This document shows, one piece after another, positions 43,989 to 54,571 of a DNA stretch of 64,000 bases (position 1 is its first letter; each line of letters opens with the position of its first letter). Below the pieces are notes generated by a model, which was not told where the DNA came from, did not search any database, and was given only the letters and a program-made list of their open reading frames with translations. A program made the translations under genes and the position numbers. The DNA comes from Deinococcota bacterium (GTDB lineage Bacteria > Deinococcota > Deinococci > Deinococcales > Thermaceae): the NCBI GenBank assembly GCA_041695225.1, contig JBGFRI010000004.1:32001-96000 (forward strand). The letters run 5' to 3'.

Positions 43989-44714
43989 ATGCGCATTCAG
44001 GTGCTGCTATTTGCTCTGTTCCGCGAGCAGGCCGGGCAGGCCAGGCTCGAGCTAGACCTCCCGGCCGGCTCTACCGTGGCCGATGCCAGAACCCTGCTGG
44101 AACAGCGATACCCCCTGCAACTCTCCGGCGGACTGGCGGCCATCAACCAGCAGCTGGCCCAGGCCAGCGACGGACTCAAAGATGGAGATGAGCTGGCTTT
44201 TTTGCCCCCCGTTTCGGGTGGCTCTGCTGCCTCTCCCTATGCGGACGGCTCCCTGTCGCAGGAGGGTCAGGTGCAGGGTAACGACAGCTTTGGCCTGACC
44301 TACCAGACTTTGGCAGTACAGCCCTGGATAGACTGGGCCTCAGACGACCCCTGTGGTGCGGTAGTTGCTTTTTTGGGTACCACCCGCAGCCCGAATAAGG
44401 GGCTGGCTGTAACCCATCTGGAGTATGAGGCCTATCCGGCAATGACCGAGAAGACTATGCAGCAAATTATCGCCGAGATGCGCGATCGCTGGGTGCTGGG
44501 CCGGGTGGCCCTGTGGCATCGGTTGGGCCGGGTGCTGCCCAGCGAAGGCTCAATTCTGATTGTGGTCTCGGCACCTCATCGCCCCGAAGCCTTCGAGGCT
44601 TGCCACTACTGTATTGAACGTGTCAAGCAAACCCTGCCAGTGTGGAAGAAAGAATTCCTCTCCGATGGCTCGCACTGGGTAGAGGGTTACACACCCGAAG
44701 GGCACAAACTTTAG
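43989..44714 (+). CDS. Fused molybdopterin synthase MoaD-MoaE
   Basis: LFA..RE..LPPVSGG followed by CGAVVAFLG..LEYEAY..PVWKKE. Confidence 0.93.
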   Translation: MRIQVLLFALFREQAGQARLELDLPAGSTVADARTLLEQRYPLQLSGGLAAINQQLAQASDGLKDGDELAFLPPVSGGSAASPYADGSLSQEGQVQGNDSFGLTYQTLAVQPWIDWASDDPCGAVVAFLGTTRSPNKGLAVTHLEYEAYPAMTEKTMQQIIAEMRDRWVLGRVALWHRLGRVLPSEGSILIVVSAPHRPEAFEACHYCIERVKQTLPVWKKEFLSDGSHWVEGYTPEGHKL

Positions 44715-44988
44715 AGCGCCATCCCAACGCCACAGCTTACCGCTAACTGCCTGACGACCAATCTCCTGCCCCACCTTGCGTCTTTGCCAGCAGCCCATGC
44801 TTACCGGGGTATTGGGAGATGGCCCCGCCATCGGATGCAGTCAAGTCTATTACGGTGGGCGCGCAGCACGACTAAGGGGTAAAGATGGGGTCGCTCATAA
44901 CCTAAAGTCCATCAGCCACACACCCCTCCCGTCATACAAAGGAAGAGCCTCGCATAGAGGTAGAGAGTGAAGAGGAGGAGGGACATAG

Positions 44989-45126
44989 CGTCATTATGAG
45001 GAGGCCCCCAGGCCGACGAAGCAATGGACTGGGTGGCGGAGTGGCCGAGGCTTGTCCTGAGCCTTGCCCTGAGCCTTCGGGTCGAGGCCCCCAGGCCGAG
45101 GGCTTGTTGACGGGGTCGCAATGAAA
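44989..45126. mobile_element. Degenerate family B miniature element
   Basis: GTCATTATGAGGAGGCCCCCAGGCCGACGAAGCAAT..TCGCAATGA, similar to 22408. Confidence 0.75.
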
Positions 45127-45274
45127 GTCCCCTCGTCATTGCCCCAAGAAGGATATGAGCATGTATGTACTTCAGGACCACACCGTTGCCCGAAACATCA
45201 TGGTTAAGCGCTAAAAAACGAGTAGCCCACAGCCGTGGTTGGCGGACCCCAGACCCTGGCCCCGCTTACCCGGT

Positions 45275-46663
45275 CTATAGCTGTCCTCCGTGCCCCCAGG
45301 TGTGCAGCAGCTTTTGATGGGCCGGGTCTTGATAGCGCCGGAGGTGGAAGGCCGGGGCGTAAGCAGGCAGTGCAGAGCCTGTTACATGGGCGGCCAGTAG
45401 CTCCCCCGCCGCGCAGGCTGCCATAATGCCAAAGCCTGACATGGCCCCAATCAAGTAGGCTCCTTCTACTGGAAGGGGGCAGATTAGCGGGCGGTTTTCC
45501 GGGGTTTTGATGTAATAACCTCCGTCTATCCAGGGCCTGGGGGTTTTGGCGAAATACCGCCTCAGACCGGGAATCATTACCGACAACCCTCGCAGGGCGA
45601 TATCGGCATAAAGAGGGTCTGGGGGGATGGGAAAGCTGGGTAGAACCGGCTCGGTATGGTAGTTGTAGAGCACAATCAAGGTAGTGCTCTCCCCGTGGCC
45701 TTCGGTCCGGCAGTGAACACCTGGAGGAAGTTGCTTTAAGAGCCAGCGGGTGGCTTGGTCCTCGGCCAGCACCTGGCGTTCTTCGGGGCTCCAGGGCAGT
45801 TCTACCTCGTCCATCCAGATCAGCATCGGGGCCTGGCGGCTCACTACCCCCAGGGTCTCGCTAAAGCTCATTTTGCGGTGCAGCTCGGCAAAGACCGGAG
45901 TCTTTACACCCAGCATTTCTCCCACTACCTTCTGCATGGGCCCGGCAGCATTGATAAAAACCGGGGTCTCGATGGTCTGGGTCGAAGCATCCTCGCCCTT
46001 GACCTGCACCGACCGGACTGCCCCACCCACAGTCTTTACGCCAACTACCTCACCCGAGACAAGCCGGACCCTAAATTCGCGGGCCTTTTCCAGCATGTAC
46101 ATGCCGAGCTGTTGTGCCCCCAGCCACCCCGCGCGGCGGACATGCAGCGCGGCAACGGTGTTCTGAGTGAGGTAGGGAAAGTGTTGCTGAATAAGGTGGG
46201 GACCGGTAAACAGGTCGGCCCCGTCCAGGCTGGGGTCGAAGCCCAGGGCTTTTGGGGGCTGGTAGCCTCGAGTATGGCTCGAGTGAACGCGCAATTCCCC
46301 CGCCCCTTGTCTGGCCGCGGTCTCGGCAGTCTGGGTGAGCAGGGGTAGCTTGCTCTGGTCGGCAGTGGCATACAGGTAGCCACGCTGGTTGAGATTAATT
46401 CGGTTCGAGGACTCGAGGGCAGTCTGTTCCAGCAGCTCAATACTGCGGTTCATCAAGGCAATCATCGCGCCGTCTGGGCCTGGCCACCAGTTGCGGTAGG
46501 CCTCACTCGATTTGTCGGAGGTGAGCGATAGAGGGTGGCCCTGTTCAACTATCACCACCCCTTGGAGGCCGCGTTTGACAGCCAGATGATATGCCGCGGC
46601 AATCCCCGCGATACCCGCTCCACAGATAACCGCATTGACCCTGGTCTTCTGCATATAGTGCAA
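45275..46663 (-). CDS. FAD-dependent oxidoreductase (DAO/sarcosine oxidase beta-like)
   Basis: GAGIAG, INAAGP, TPENRPLI, SGFG..A..AGE. Confidence 0.88.
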   Translation of the reverse strand: MHYMQKTRVNAVICGAGIAGIAAAYHLAVKRGLQGVVIVEQGHPLSLTSDKSSEAYRNWWPGPDGAMIALMNRSIELLEQTALESSNRINLNQRGYLYATADQSKLPLLTQTAETAARQGAGELRVHSSHTRGYQPPKALGFDPSLDGADLFTGPHLIQQHFPYLTQNTVAALHVRRAGWLGAQQLGMYMLEKAREFRVRLVSGEVVGVKTVGGAVRSVQVKGEDASTQTIETPVFINAAGPMQKVVGEMLGVKTPVFAELHRKMSFSETLGVVSRQAPMLIWMDEVELPWSPEERQVLAEDQATRWLLKQLPPGVHCRTEGHGESTTLIVLYNYHTEPVLPSFPIPPDPLYADIALRGLSVMIPGLRRYFAKTPRPWIDGGYYIKTPENRPLICPLPVEGAYLIGAMSGFGIMAACAAGELLAAHVTGSALPAYAPAFHLRRYQDPAHQKLLHTWGHGGQL

Positions 46664-46757
46664 ACAGGATACCCAACTACCCGGTCGAATTCCCCAGTGA
46701 CCAAGATTTTGGCCCAGTAAACCTCGAGCCCTGCCAGGTGTATCCTGTATACGTCTT

Positions 46758-47000
46758 ATGGGCCAGCCTCATAGACCTCACCCGGCGCGGGAAGCCGCCC
46801 ACACGCACCTGCGGGGCTCGAGCCTCTCGGGCTTTTGCAGCCCGACTCAGGTATCTCAGGGCCAGTTCCGAGCGAACGACACGGCGTTAGCTGCATCACC
46901 GACCCGAATCCCTGTAACGGCTCTCGAAGGAGGGTCTGATGAGGCTACTTTCGGGCCAGGATGCGCGGGTACCTGCTCTTTTAGCGGACGGGGTGGGTGA
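46758..47000 (+). pseudogene. Decayed GntR-family regulator upstream of the proline utilisation genes
   Basis: RP..AREAAHTHLR, then in a shifted frame LSKEGLMRLLSGQDARV (GntR wHTH-like). Confidence 0.6.
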
Positions 47001-47036
47001 GGGTTACCATCGGTTGAAACGCCTGGAGGAAAACAC

Positions 47037-47960
47037 ATGGACTTGAACCAGATTTACCGTTCGTTTGTACTCACCATTGCCCAGAACCCAAAGGTGAAAA
47101 ATCTGGTGCTGAGCCGTGGCCGCAATTTTGCCCGGCGCTTTGTGGCCGGCGAGACCAGAGAAGAGGCCTTGCGGGTGGTCGAGACCCTGGAGCGCGACAA
47201 AGTTCATGCCATCTTAGATCTGCTAGGCGAGATGGTTACTTCCCCGGCCCAGGCCCGCCAGTTTCAGGGCGAAATTGTTCAACTGATCAAAGAACTCGGC
47301 GCTATGCCTTATCCCAGATACGTATCGCTAAAACTCACCCAGCTGGGCCTGGACATCTCCGAAGACCTGGCCCTTTCACTATTAAGTGAGATTCTAACCG
47401 AGGCACAAAAGGCCGACTGCTTTGTGCGAATAGACATGGAGGACAGCCCCCGAGTAGACGCGACGCTGCGGGTGTACCAGCGCTTATACCAGGCCGGGTT
47501 CAGAAATGCTGGTCTGGTGCTGCAAAGCTACCTCAAGCGCAGTGAGCAAGACCTGGACCACCTGCTGCCACTAAAAACCCCTGTGCGTATTGTCAAAGGG
47601 GCCTACCGCGAGCCCCCCGAGGTAGCCTTTCAGCAAAAGCGCATGATAGACGCTCAGTTTGTGCTATTGTGCAAAAAAGCCCTGGAAAACGGGCTTCACA
47701 CTGCCATTGGCAGCCACGACCCTGTAATTTTGCAGGAGATAAAGCGCTGGACTGCCGCCAAAGGCATTGGCCGCGACCGTTTTGAGTTCCAGCTGCTCTA
47801 TGGGGTGCGCCGCGAAGAGCAGAAAAAGCTGGCCGCCGAGGGTTACACCGTGCGGGCATATGTACCTTATGGCAGCGACTGGTACCCCTACTTTTCGCGC
47901 CGAATTGCCGAGCGGCCCGAGAACCTGTTCTTTGTTGGCCGCAGCTTGATTCAAGGCTAA
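47037..47960 (+). CDS. putB: Monofunctional proline dehydrogenase
   Basis: [38 protein letters not shown]. Confidence 0.95.
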   Translation: MDLNQIYRSFVLTIAQNPKVKNLVLSRGRNFARRFVAGETREEALRVVETLERDKVHAILDLLGEMVTSPAQARQFQGEIVQLIKELGAMPYPRYVSLKLTQLGLDISEDLALSLLSEILTEAQKADCFVRIDMEDSPRVDATLRVYQRLYQAGFRNAGLVLQSYLKRSEQDLDHLLPLKTPVRIVKGAYREPPEVAFQQKRMIDAQFVLLCKKALENGLHTAIGSHDPVILQEIKRWTAAKGIGRDRFEFQLLYGVRREEQKKLAAEGYTVRAYVPYGSDWYPYFSRRIAERPENLFFVGRSLIQG

Positions 47961-47983
47961 TGGAGCCGGAATAGGATACAGCT

Positions 47984-48544
47984 ATGGTAAAAGAAAAAAC
48001 CATTTCTGATCAACCTAAACGGCATCGTTTCAACAATGCTGATTTTTTGAAGATGCTGGAGGCCGGGTTCTTCGACCAGGGGCCACGGGTGGAGTTAATC
48101 AACGGTGAGATTCTCGAGGTGGACAACGTGGGGCCCAGACATGCATTTACTGTTGCGCTACTCATGGAAAGATTGAGTGTATTCAAAGACCAGGTTTTTG
48201 TCTGGCCGCAATGCTCGCTGCAAATCCCTGAGGTTTCTACTCCACTGCCTGATATTGTTTTGCTCAAGCTGCCAAAAGAGCAGTACAGAGACCAACTGCC
48301 AGGGCCTGAGCAGGCTTTGCTGGTTATTGAAGTTTCCGACAGCAGCCTGGCTACCGATCGTAACCTCAAGCTGCCCATTTACGCCGAGGCGGGCATTCCA
48401 GAATACTGGATTGTTAACCTCGAGCAGCACCAGCTCGAAATCTACCGTGACCCCAAGGGGGCCGATTATCTGACCCGCACTACCTTGCAGATGGGCCAGA
48501 AAGCCCAGGCACTGTGTCTGAGTGAGGCAATCGCGTGGGACTGA
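47984..48544 (+). CDS. Uma2 family endonuclease-fold protein
   Basis: ELINGEI, PD, LVIEVSDSS..DR..KL.IYA.AGIPEYWIV. Confidence 0.92.
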   Translation: MVKEKTISDQPKRHRFNNADFLKMLEAGFFDQGPRVELINGEILEVDNVGPRHAFTVALLMERLSVFKDQVFVWPQCSLQIPEVSTPLPDIVLLKLPKEQYRDQLPGPEQALLVIEVSDSSLATDRNLKLPIYAEAGIPEYWIVNLEQHQLEIYRDPKGADYLTRTTLQMGQKAQALCLSEAIAWD

Positions 48545-48930
48545 AGCTCGAGGCATGGCCTGACCACTACGCAGTCTGGCAGCTCGAGGCTTCCAGTCTC
48601 ATTCCAGCCCGGGCGATGGGCGAGGGCTCTTTGGGTATCAGCTGTAGCTGTCAAGAACTGAGCGTGGTCCCGCATCAAAACCATGTACCTCCAGAGATCA
48701 AAGCCGAGCGCAGCTGGCGCCGCGTTGGTTTGGTTGGCCCTTTCGAATCTGGCCTCACCGGCATGTGGGCCTTGCTGCATAATCGTTTAGCCAAAGCCCG
48801 GGCTGACATCTTTGCGGTTTCGACCTACAATACCGATTATGTGCTGGTTAATACCCACGATCTGGCTCGAGCCGTAAAGGCCCTTGTGCTGTCTGGACAT
48901 GCGGTGAACAGTGTGACTCTCGACTCTTGA
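48535..48930 (+). CDS. ACT domain protein (CASTOR/ACT_7-like)
   Basis: ELSVV, GPF...LTG, IFAVSTYNTDYVLV. Confidence 0.85.
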   Translation: MGLKLEAWPDHYAVWQLEASSLIPARAMGEGSLGISCSCQELSVVPHQNHVPPEIKAERSWRRVGLVGPFESGLTGMWALLHNRLAKARADIFAVSTYNTDYVLVNTHDLARAVKALVLSGHAVNSVTLDS

Positions 48931-48956
48931 CCCTCGACATATCTGAAAGGAGCTAT

Positions 48957-50504
48957 ATGACCGTCGAACCCTACCGCCCCGAGAGCATTGAAACTTTTCA
49001 GAGCCCCGAAGCTTTTGAGGCCATGCGCCGCTCGCTGGCGCTGGTGCGCTCGCAGTTTGGCCGCCACTACCCTCTGATCATCGGGGGCGAAAAAGTCCAT
49101 ACCCCGGCGACCATTACCTCTACCAACCCCTCCAACCCCTCCGAGGTGGTGGGCGTGACGGCAAAGGCTGGTATCGCCGAGGCCGATGCTGCCCTGGAAG
49201 CGGCCTGGCGGGCTTTTGGGAGCTGGCGCGACTGGCCCCAGGAGCACCGCAGCCGCCTGCTCTTGAAGGCCGCCCAGATCATGAAGCGCCGCCAGCGCGA
49301 GCTCGAGGCCTGGCTGGTCTACGAGATTGGCAAAAACTGGGTCGAGGCTGCGGCCGACGTGGCCGAAGCCATTGACTTTATCCGCTACTATGCCATCTCG
49401 GCGCTCAAGTACCAAGGTGGCGCCCCGGTGGTTCCCTACCCGGGCGAGGACAATTCAGCGTTTTACATCCCGCTCGGGGTGGGGGTGGTAATCGCCCCCT
49501 GGAACTTTCCGCTGGCCATCCTGGCCGGCATGACGGTAGGCCCGCTAGCGGTGGGTAACTGCGTGGTAGCCAAGCCCGCCGAAGATACCGTGGTGACTGC
49601 CGCCAAGCTTTTTGAAATTCTGGAAGAGGCTGGCCTGCCTGCGGGAGTGGCCAACTTTTTGCCGGGAAAAGGTAGCGAGATTGGAGCCTACCTGGTAGAG
49701 CACCCCCGCACCCGCTTTGTCAACTTTACCGGCTCACTCGAGGTGGGGCTGCGCATCCACGAAAGCGCGGCCAGACTCTCACCCGGTCAGGTCTGGCTCA
49801 AGCGGGTCTTCCTCGAGCTCGGTGGCAAAGATGGCCTGATCGTGGACGAGACTGCCGATATCGCTGCCGCGGCTCAGGCCACCGTGATGAGCGCTTTTGG
49901 CTTTCAGGGGCAAAAGTGCTCGGCAGCCTCGAGGCTAATTGTGGTGGACGGGGTATACCAGCAGCTCATGGAGCAGGTGGTGGCACGCAGCGAAGGGCTG
50001 GTGGTCGGGCCCGCCGAGGAAAACCCCGATATGGGGCCGGTGGCCAGCGCAAAGCAAGAAAATACCGTACTTTCTTACATCGAGGTGGGGCAGCAAGAGG
50101 GCAGGCTGGCCCTGGGGGGGCGCAGGCTCGAGGGTAGCGGGTACTTTATCTCACCCACCATTTTTGAAGAGGTCTCACCCGAAGCCCGCATCGCCCAGGA
50201 AGAAATTTTTGGCCCGCTTCTCGCGGTAATTCGCGTGCCCGACTTTGGGGCTGCGCTCGAGGTTGCCAACGCCACGCGCTATGGCCTTACCGGGGGGGTT
50301 TTCTCGCGCAAGCGCGAACGCCTCGAGCAGGCCCGGCGCGAGTTCCAGGTGGGCAACCTGTACTTCAACCGCAAGATCACCGGAGCGCTGGTAGGGGTGC
50401 AGCCCTTTGGCGGCTTCAACCTTTCGGGAACCAATACCAAGGCCGGAGGGCCCGACTACCTGCTCAACTTCTTGCAGATGAAGAGTGTGACCGAACGCTT
50501 CTAA
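48957..50504 (+). CDS. pruA: 1-pyrroline-5-carboxylate dehydrogenase
   Basis: PWNFP, FTGS, ELGGKD, GQKCSAASR, EEIFGP. Confidence 0.95.
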   Translation: MTVEPYRPESIETFQSPEAFEAMRRSLALVRSQFGRHYPLIIGGEKVHTPATITSTNPSNPSEVVGVTAKAGIAEADAALEAAWRAFGSWRDWPQEHRSRLLLKAAQIMKRRQRELEAWLVYEIGKNWVEAAADVAEAIDFIRYYAISALKYQGGAPVVPYPGEDNSAFYIPLGVGVVIAPWNFPLAILAGMTVGPLAVGNCVVAKPAEDTVVTAAKLFEILEEAGLPAGVANFLPGKGSEIGAYLVEHPRTRFVNFTGSLEVGLRIHESAARLSPGQVWLKRVFLELGGKDGLIVDETADIAAAAQATVMSAFGFQGQKCSAASRLIVVDGVYQQLMEQVVARSEGLVVGPAEENPDMGPVASAKQENTVLSYIEVGQQEGRLALGGRRLEGSGYFISPTIFEEVSPEARIAQEEIFGPLLAVIRVPDFGAALEVANATRYGLTGGVFSRKRERLEQARREFQVGNLYFNRKITGALVGVQPFGGFNLSGTNTKAGGPDYLLNFLQMKSVTERF

Positions 50505-50575
50505 GCTGGGCTACTGGGTCTGCCAAACCCCGCCCCCTCAGAATGAGAAATTAAGGTGTCATAAATGACAACGGG

Positions 50576-50745
50576 GGTGTCATGTTGAGGGGTGCGTAGC
50601 ACTCCGAAACATCCCCGGACTGCGTAAAGCACTTTCGATCATGCCGGTAAGGCAGGGCTCAGGACAGGCCCCAAGGCCTAGCCGAAGGGGAAGCACCCAT
50701 GCAGATGGGCATTTCCTCGACTGCTACGGCAGCCTCGGCATAAGC
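50576..50745. repeat. Degenerate palindromic element (GTCATGTTGAG..CCGAAACATC..CCTCGGCAT)
   Basis: Resembles GTCAT-terminated miniature elements; only one copy here. Confidence 0.4.
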
Positions 50746-50789
50746 GCAGTGACGACTGTCAAGTTGGTATGAGACCTGCGACATGCGAC

Positions 50790-50863
50790 CTATAACGCCC
50801 AGGATCAGCGGCCGAGGTGCCAGCACCGCGAGCGCCCGGTCCGCTGAATCCTGAAGTTAGCGG
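50790..50863 (-). other. attC-like integron recombination site
   Basis: Minus strand: CGCTAAC-N5-GATTCAGCGG..CCGCTGATC-N6-GTTATAG, overlapping the toxin stop codon. Confidence 0.8.
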
Positions 50864-51168
50864 TCCACACGCCGCTGCCAGATGCGCGGATCTCTCTTCG
50901 CGTGCATGCATGCCACGATCTGGATACTGGTCCCCGTATAGGCGAAATATGCGATGTACGGGAATCGTCGGATGCGGGCCCGGCGAGCGTTCTTGTAGAC
51001 CTGCTGGAAGGTTTCCGGGCTCCGGCGGATTTGCTCGAAGCAGGCATCGACCGCCCGCAGAAACTCCGCGCCCAATCCGAGCGCGCGCAGCTCGTACCAC
51101 AGCGCGGCCTCCTCGATGTCGGCTTCGGCGGCTGGCCGGACGATGAAGCGTGGCGCGTCACTGGCCAC
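50857..51168 (-). CDS. RelE/ParE family toxin
   Basis: AEADIEEAALWY, RFPY, IVACMHAKRDP. Confidence 0.92.
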   Translation of the reverse strand: MASDAPRFIVRPAAEADIEEAALWYELRALGLGAEFLRAVDACFEQIRRSPETFQQVYKNARRARIRRFPYIAYFAYTGTSIQIVACMHAKRDPRIWQRRVDR

Positions 51169-51385
51169 GCTTCAGACGCTTGTAGAGACGGGCGCGAACT
51201 ACCTCCCACGGTTCTCCAGCATCGGGATGCTGCTCAAGGTCTGCCAGGCGCCGCTCGAGCTCTGCCTTCTGAGCGTTGGTGAGAGGGATGTCGGCCGATT
51301 CAGGGACACTGTCCCAGAGATCCTCGGCCAGCTGGATGCGCTCCGCGACCGACAGCTTGCTCAAATCGAACTCTACGTTACGCAT
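51158..51385 (-). CDS. Addiction module antitoxin (TIGR02574-like)
   Basis: LSVAERIQLAEDLWDS..ELERR..PWEVV. Confidence 0.92.
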   Translation of the reverse strand: MRNVEFDLSKLSVAERIQLAEDLWDSVPESADIPLTNAQKAELERRLADLEQHPDAGEPWEVVRARLYKRLKRGQ

Positions 51386-51461
51386 GTCAGCATCTTATCC
51401 TTCAGCGGGTTGTGCGCGCAAGCCTCATGGCCGTGCCGCTAACCACCAGGTTACCGAACCG

Positions 51462-51923
51462 TTAGAATTCTTCGTCTACCTCGTGCAACCGCTTGGCCCA
51501 AAGGCTCTGGGGGTGGTGGTGTTCCCGCACAATCTGGGCCACCTCGGGATCAAGAATACGCATGGCAGCATACTCAGGGTGGTGTAGGCGAATCTGCCAG
51601 GCGCCCCGCAGCCCTTTGTCTAGGGGCTCAATGGGTACTTCCAGGCTCAGCAGCCCGCTCAGAATGCGTTCGAGTGGCCGGTAAGGCCGCAGGGCTTTGC
51701 CGCTGTCGTGCAGCAGGGCCGCCCGTACCGCAAAGCTGGGAGCCTCCGGGTAGCGTTCTAACAGCTGTCTGGCTACTCTGACCGCATGCTCCCTATCTCG
51801 AACATCCATGGCTTTGTAGAGATGCGCCTCCTCGATACGGAGTTCGGCTAAAGCCCAGGCATCGTCTGGCTCGGCCTGGGCTGGCTGGAAGGCCTTCAAC
51901 AATCGTTTTAGACGTAGCCACAC
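51462..51923 (-). CDS. HD domain protein
   Basis: EHA, AALLHDSGK, HPEY, EHH. Confidence 0.85.
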   Translation of the reverse strand: MWLRLKRLLKAFQPAQAEPDDAWALAELRIEEAHLYKAMDVRDREHAVRVARQLLERYPEAPSFAVRAALLHDSGKALRPYRPLERILSGLLSLEVPIEPLDKGLRGAWQIRLHHPEYAAMRILDPEVAQIVREHHHPQSLWAKRLHEVDEEF

Positions 51924-52040
51924 CTAGCTATCCTACGCATTTTGGGGAAGCTTGTGTAAAATCCGGACTACGGGAGCAGCCCAGAGCCTGCGTTTGTGTG
52001 AACCTGTGGGCCTGAGGTAGTGTATGGGCGGGAGGACAAA

Positions 52041-52691
52041 ATGAATATACGCGCCCTAATAGCAGAGTTTCTGGGAGTTTTTACCTTGTGTTTTGTTGGG
52101 ATTGGCGCCATTGCGGCTACCCAGGGCGGCGACCTGATGGTGATTGCCCTGGCCTACGGACTGGCCCTGGGGCTGGCAATACTGGCCCTGGGCGCCATCT
52201 CGGGCGGTCACTTTAACCCTGCGGTAACCTTTGGCCTGCTGATAACCGGGCGCATCACCCCGGTGAGCGCGGTGGGCTACTGGGTGGCCCAGCTGCTGGG
52301 CGGGCTGGTAGCAGCCTTTTTCATTGGCGCTATTTATGGTGGAGACGCTGTAGCCAATGGAGTCCCAGTTCCCGGCGCCGACCATACCGCCATCCAAGCC
52401 ATGATGATGGAAATTTTCCTGACCTTCTTTCTGGTCTCGGTAATTGTTGGTTCGACCGTTTTCAACAACTATAGCTTTGCCGGGCTGGCCATTGGCCTGG
52501 CTTTTACCATGGGTATTCTGGCTGGAGGTGCTGTCTCGGGGGCGGCCATGAACCCTGCCCGCGTCCTCGGCCCGGCCATCGTCGGGGGCGAATGGACGGT
52601 ACACTGGGTCTACTGGGTGGGTCCTCTGGTGGGGGCCGGGCTGGCCGCCTTGCTCTATGACTTCTTGTACAGCAAGCGGGCCAGCAGCTAA
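52041..52691 (+). CDS. Aquaporin / MIP channel
   Basis: SGGHFNPAVT, AMNPAR, WVYWVGP. Confidence 0.95.
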   Translation: MNIRALIAEFLGVFTLCFVGIGAIAATQGGDLMVIALAYGLALGLAILALGAISGGHFNPAVTFGLLITGRITPVSAVGYWVAQLLGGLVAAFFIGAIYGGDAVANGVPVPGADHTAIQAMMMEIFLTFFLVSVIVGSTVFNNYSFAGLAIGLAFTMGILAGGAVSGAAMNPARVLGPAIVGGEWTVHWVYWVGPLVGAGLAALLYDFLYSKRASS

Positions 52692-52926
52692 CGGCAGATT
52701 GCCAAAAAACCCAACACGCTTTGGCCGCCGATACTCTCGGCGGTCTGGCGTTAATCTGAACCAGCAAGATCAGGTGTGGAAGGTATGCTGCTAGTAACAT
52801 TAATTTTCTGTACTTGGTACAAGCTACCGGTAATTGGACATTAGCCTCGAGGTTTTCATACTTTTATCCAGTACAATCGGGCGTCTGGACGTTATCCTGT
52901 TGGGTTCCTCCGGGAGGTTCGCTTAC

Positions 52927-54402
52927 GTGCAAAATCTTTCTTCTCTAGCCCTGCCCTGCATCATCCAGGGCGGCATGGGCGTATCGGTCTCTAACTGGCG
53001 ACTGGCAAAAGCCGTCTCTCTACTGGGGCAGCTAGGGGTGGTTTCAGGAACCACCATGGACTCGGTAATGGTGCGGCGCCTGCAGGACGGCGACCCCGGT
53101 GGACTGGTGCGCCGGGCCCTGGCGGCGTTTCCCTTTCAACAATGGGTCAAGCCCGTGCTGGACAAATATTACCAGCCCGAAGGCCGCCAGGGCAGACCCT
53201 ACAAGCGCATCCCCATGCCTACCGGCCTGGCCAGCACCGCCTCGCAGGTTCTGCATGTGCTGGGTGGCTATGTGGAGGTGTTTTTGGCCAAGGAAGGCCA
53301 TTCGGGGCTGGTGGGAATGAACCTCCTGACCAAGCTGCAAATTCCCACCCTGGGCACGCTCTATGGGGCCATGCTGGCCGGGGTAGATTATGTGCTGATG
53401 GGGGCGGGCATCCCCCGCGAGATCCCCGAAGCCCTGGACCGGCTGGCAGCGGGACAGACGGCCTCGCTCAAGCTAGATGTGACCGGCTGGTCGCACGCAG
53501 AAGCAGCCCGGCTTCAGTTCAACCCGCATGAGATAGCCGGCCAGGTCCAGCACCTTAAACGTCCTAGCTTTTTACCCATAATTGCTTCCAACTCACTGGC
53601 AACCCTGCTGGCCCGCAAGGTCACGGGAACCATTCAAGGCTTTGTGATCGAAGGCCCCACTGCGGGTGGGCACAATGCTCCACCACGGGGTGCGCCGGTT
53701 TTTGACGAGCTGGGGCAGCCGGTCTACGGCGAGCGCGACGTGGTTGATCTGGAGCAGATTAAGGCCCTGGGCCTGCCTTTCTGGCTGGCCGGTGGGGCGG
53801 GCTCGCCCGAAGGTCTTGAGGAGGCCCTAAGCCGTGGCGCAGCGGGCATCCAGGTCGGAACACTGTTTGCCTATAGCCAGGAATCGGGTTTTGAGCCCAG
53901 CCTCAAGCGAACAATTCTCGAGCGGGCCGCAAGGGGAGAGGTCAAAGTCTTTACCGACCCCAAAGCCTCGCCCACTGGCTTTCCCTTCAAGGTAGCCCTG
54001 GTAGAGGGTACCCTGTCGCAAACTGAGGTCTACCAGCACCGCACACGGGTATGCGATCTGGGCTATTTGCGTGAAGCCTATCAGACCGCCACAGGAAAAA
54101 TCGGATTCCGCTGCGCTTCCGAACCCATAGACCAGTACCTGGCAAAAGGCGGCGAACTCGCCAGCACCGAAGGGCGCAAGTGCTTGTGCAATGCGCTGAT
54201 GGCGGCGGTGGGGCTGGGTCAGGTGCAGAAAAACGGCGACCAAGAGCTGCCCCTGGTGACCAGTGGGGATGACCTCGAGCGTATTAACCGGTTCGTGGCC
54301 CAGTTTGGCGTAAATTACAGTGCTAGAAATGTGGTGGAATATCTACTGGGTGGGCCGGTCTTGTCCGAGCCAAAGGCCCAGCAAGTGTTAGTAGGCGGGT
54401 AA
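52927..54402 (+). CDS. Nitronate monooxygenase / FabK-like flavoprotein
   Basis: IIQGGMGV, EGPTAGGH, IQVGTLF. Confidence 0.85.
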   Translation: MQNLSSLALPCIIQGGMGVSVSNWRLAKAVSLLGQLGVVSGTTMDSVMVRRLQDGDPGGLVRRALAAFPFQQWVKPVLDKYYQPEGRQGRPYKRIPMPTGLASTASQVLHVLGGYVEVFLAKEGHSGLVGMNLLTKLQIPTLGTLYGAMLAGVDYVLMGAGIPREIPEALDRLAAGQTASLKLDVTGWSHAEAARLQFNPHEIAGQVQHLKRPSFLPIIASNSLATLLARKVTGTIQGFVIEGPTAGGHNAPPRGAPVFDELGQPVYGERDVVDLEQIKALGLPFWLAGGAGSPEGLEEALSRGAAGIQVGTLFAYSQESGFEPSLKRTILERAARGEVKVFTDPKASPTGFPFKVALVEGTLSQTEVYQHRTRVCDLGYLREAYQTATGKIGFRCASEPIDQYLAKGGELASTEGRKCLCNALMAAVGLGQVQKNGDQELPLVTSGDDLERINRFVAQFGVNYSARNVVEYLLGGPVLSEPKAQQVLVGG

Positions 54403-54571
54403 CAGCGCTAGGCACCCCCAAAGCCATCCAGGTCGCCCGCGATCTGGATGGCGTGATTGTGGAGGCCCATGATGCACACACTCTGGTTTGGCGAATGGGT
54501 GCGGTGGGTGGTACCCAAGCTCAGCCAGCACCAACCACCGGGATGCCCAGCGGCTGTGCGACAACTGTTAT

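Noticed and set aside
44885..44912. GCTCATAACC like a tRNA-Met anticodon loop
   Set aside because: No acceptor stem or T arm
46945..46975. CTGATGAG as a hammerhead ribozyme core, or a riboswitch before putB
   Set aside because: No GAAA after the stem; the region is better explained as a gntR pseudogene
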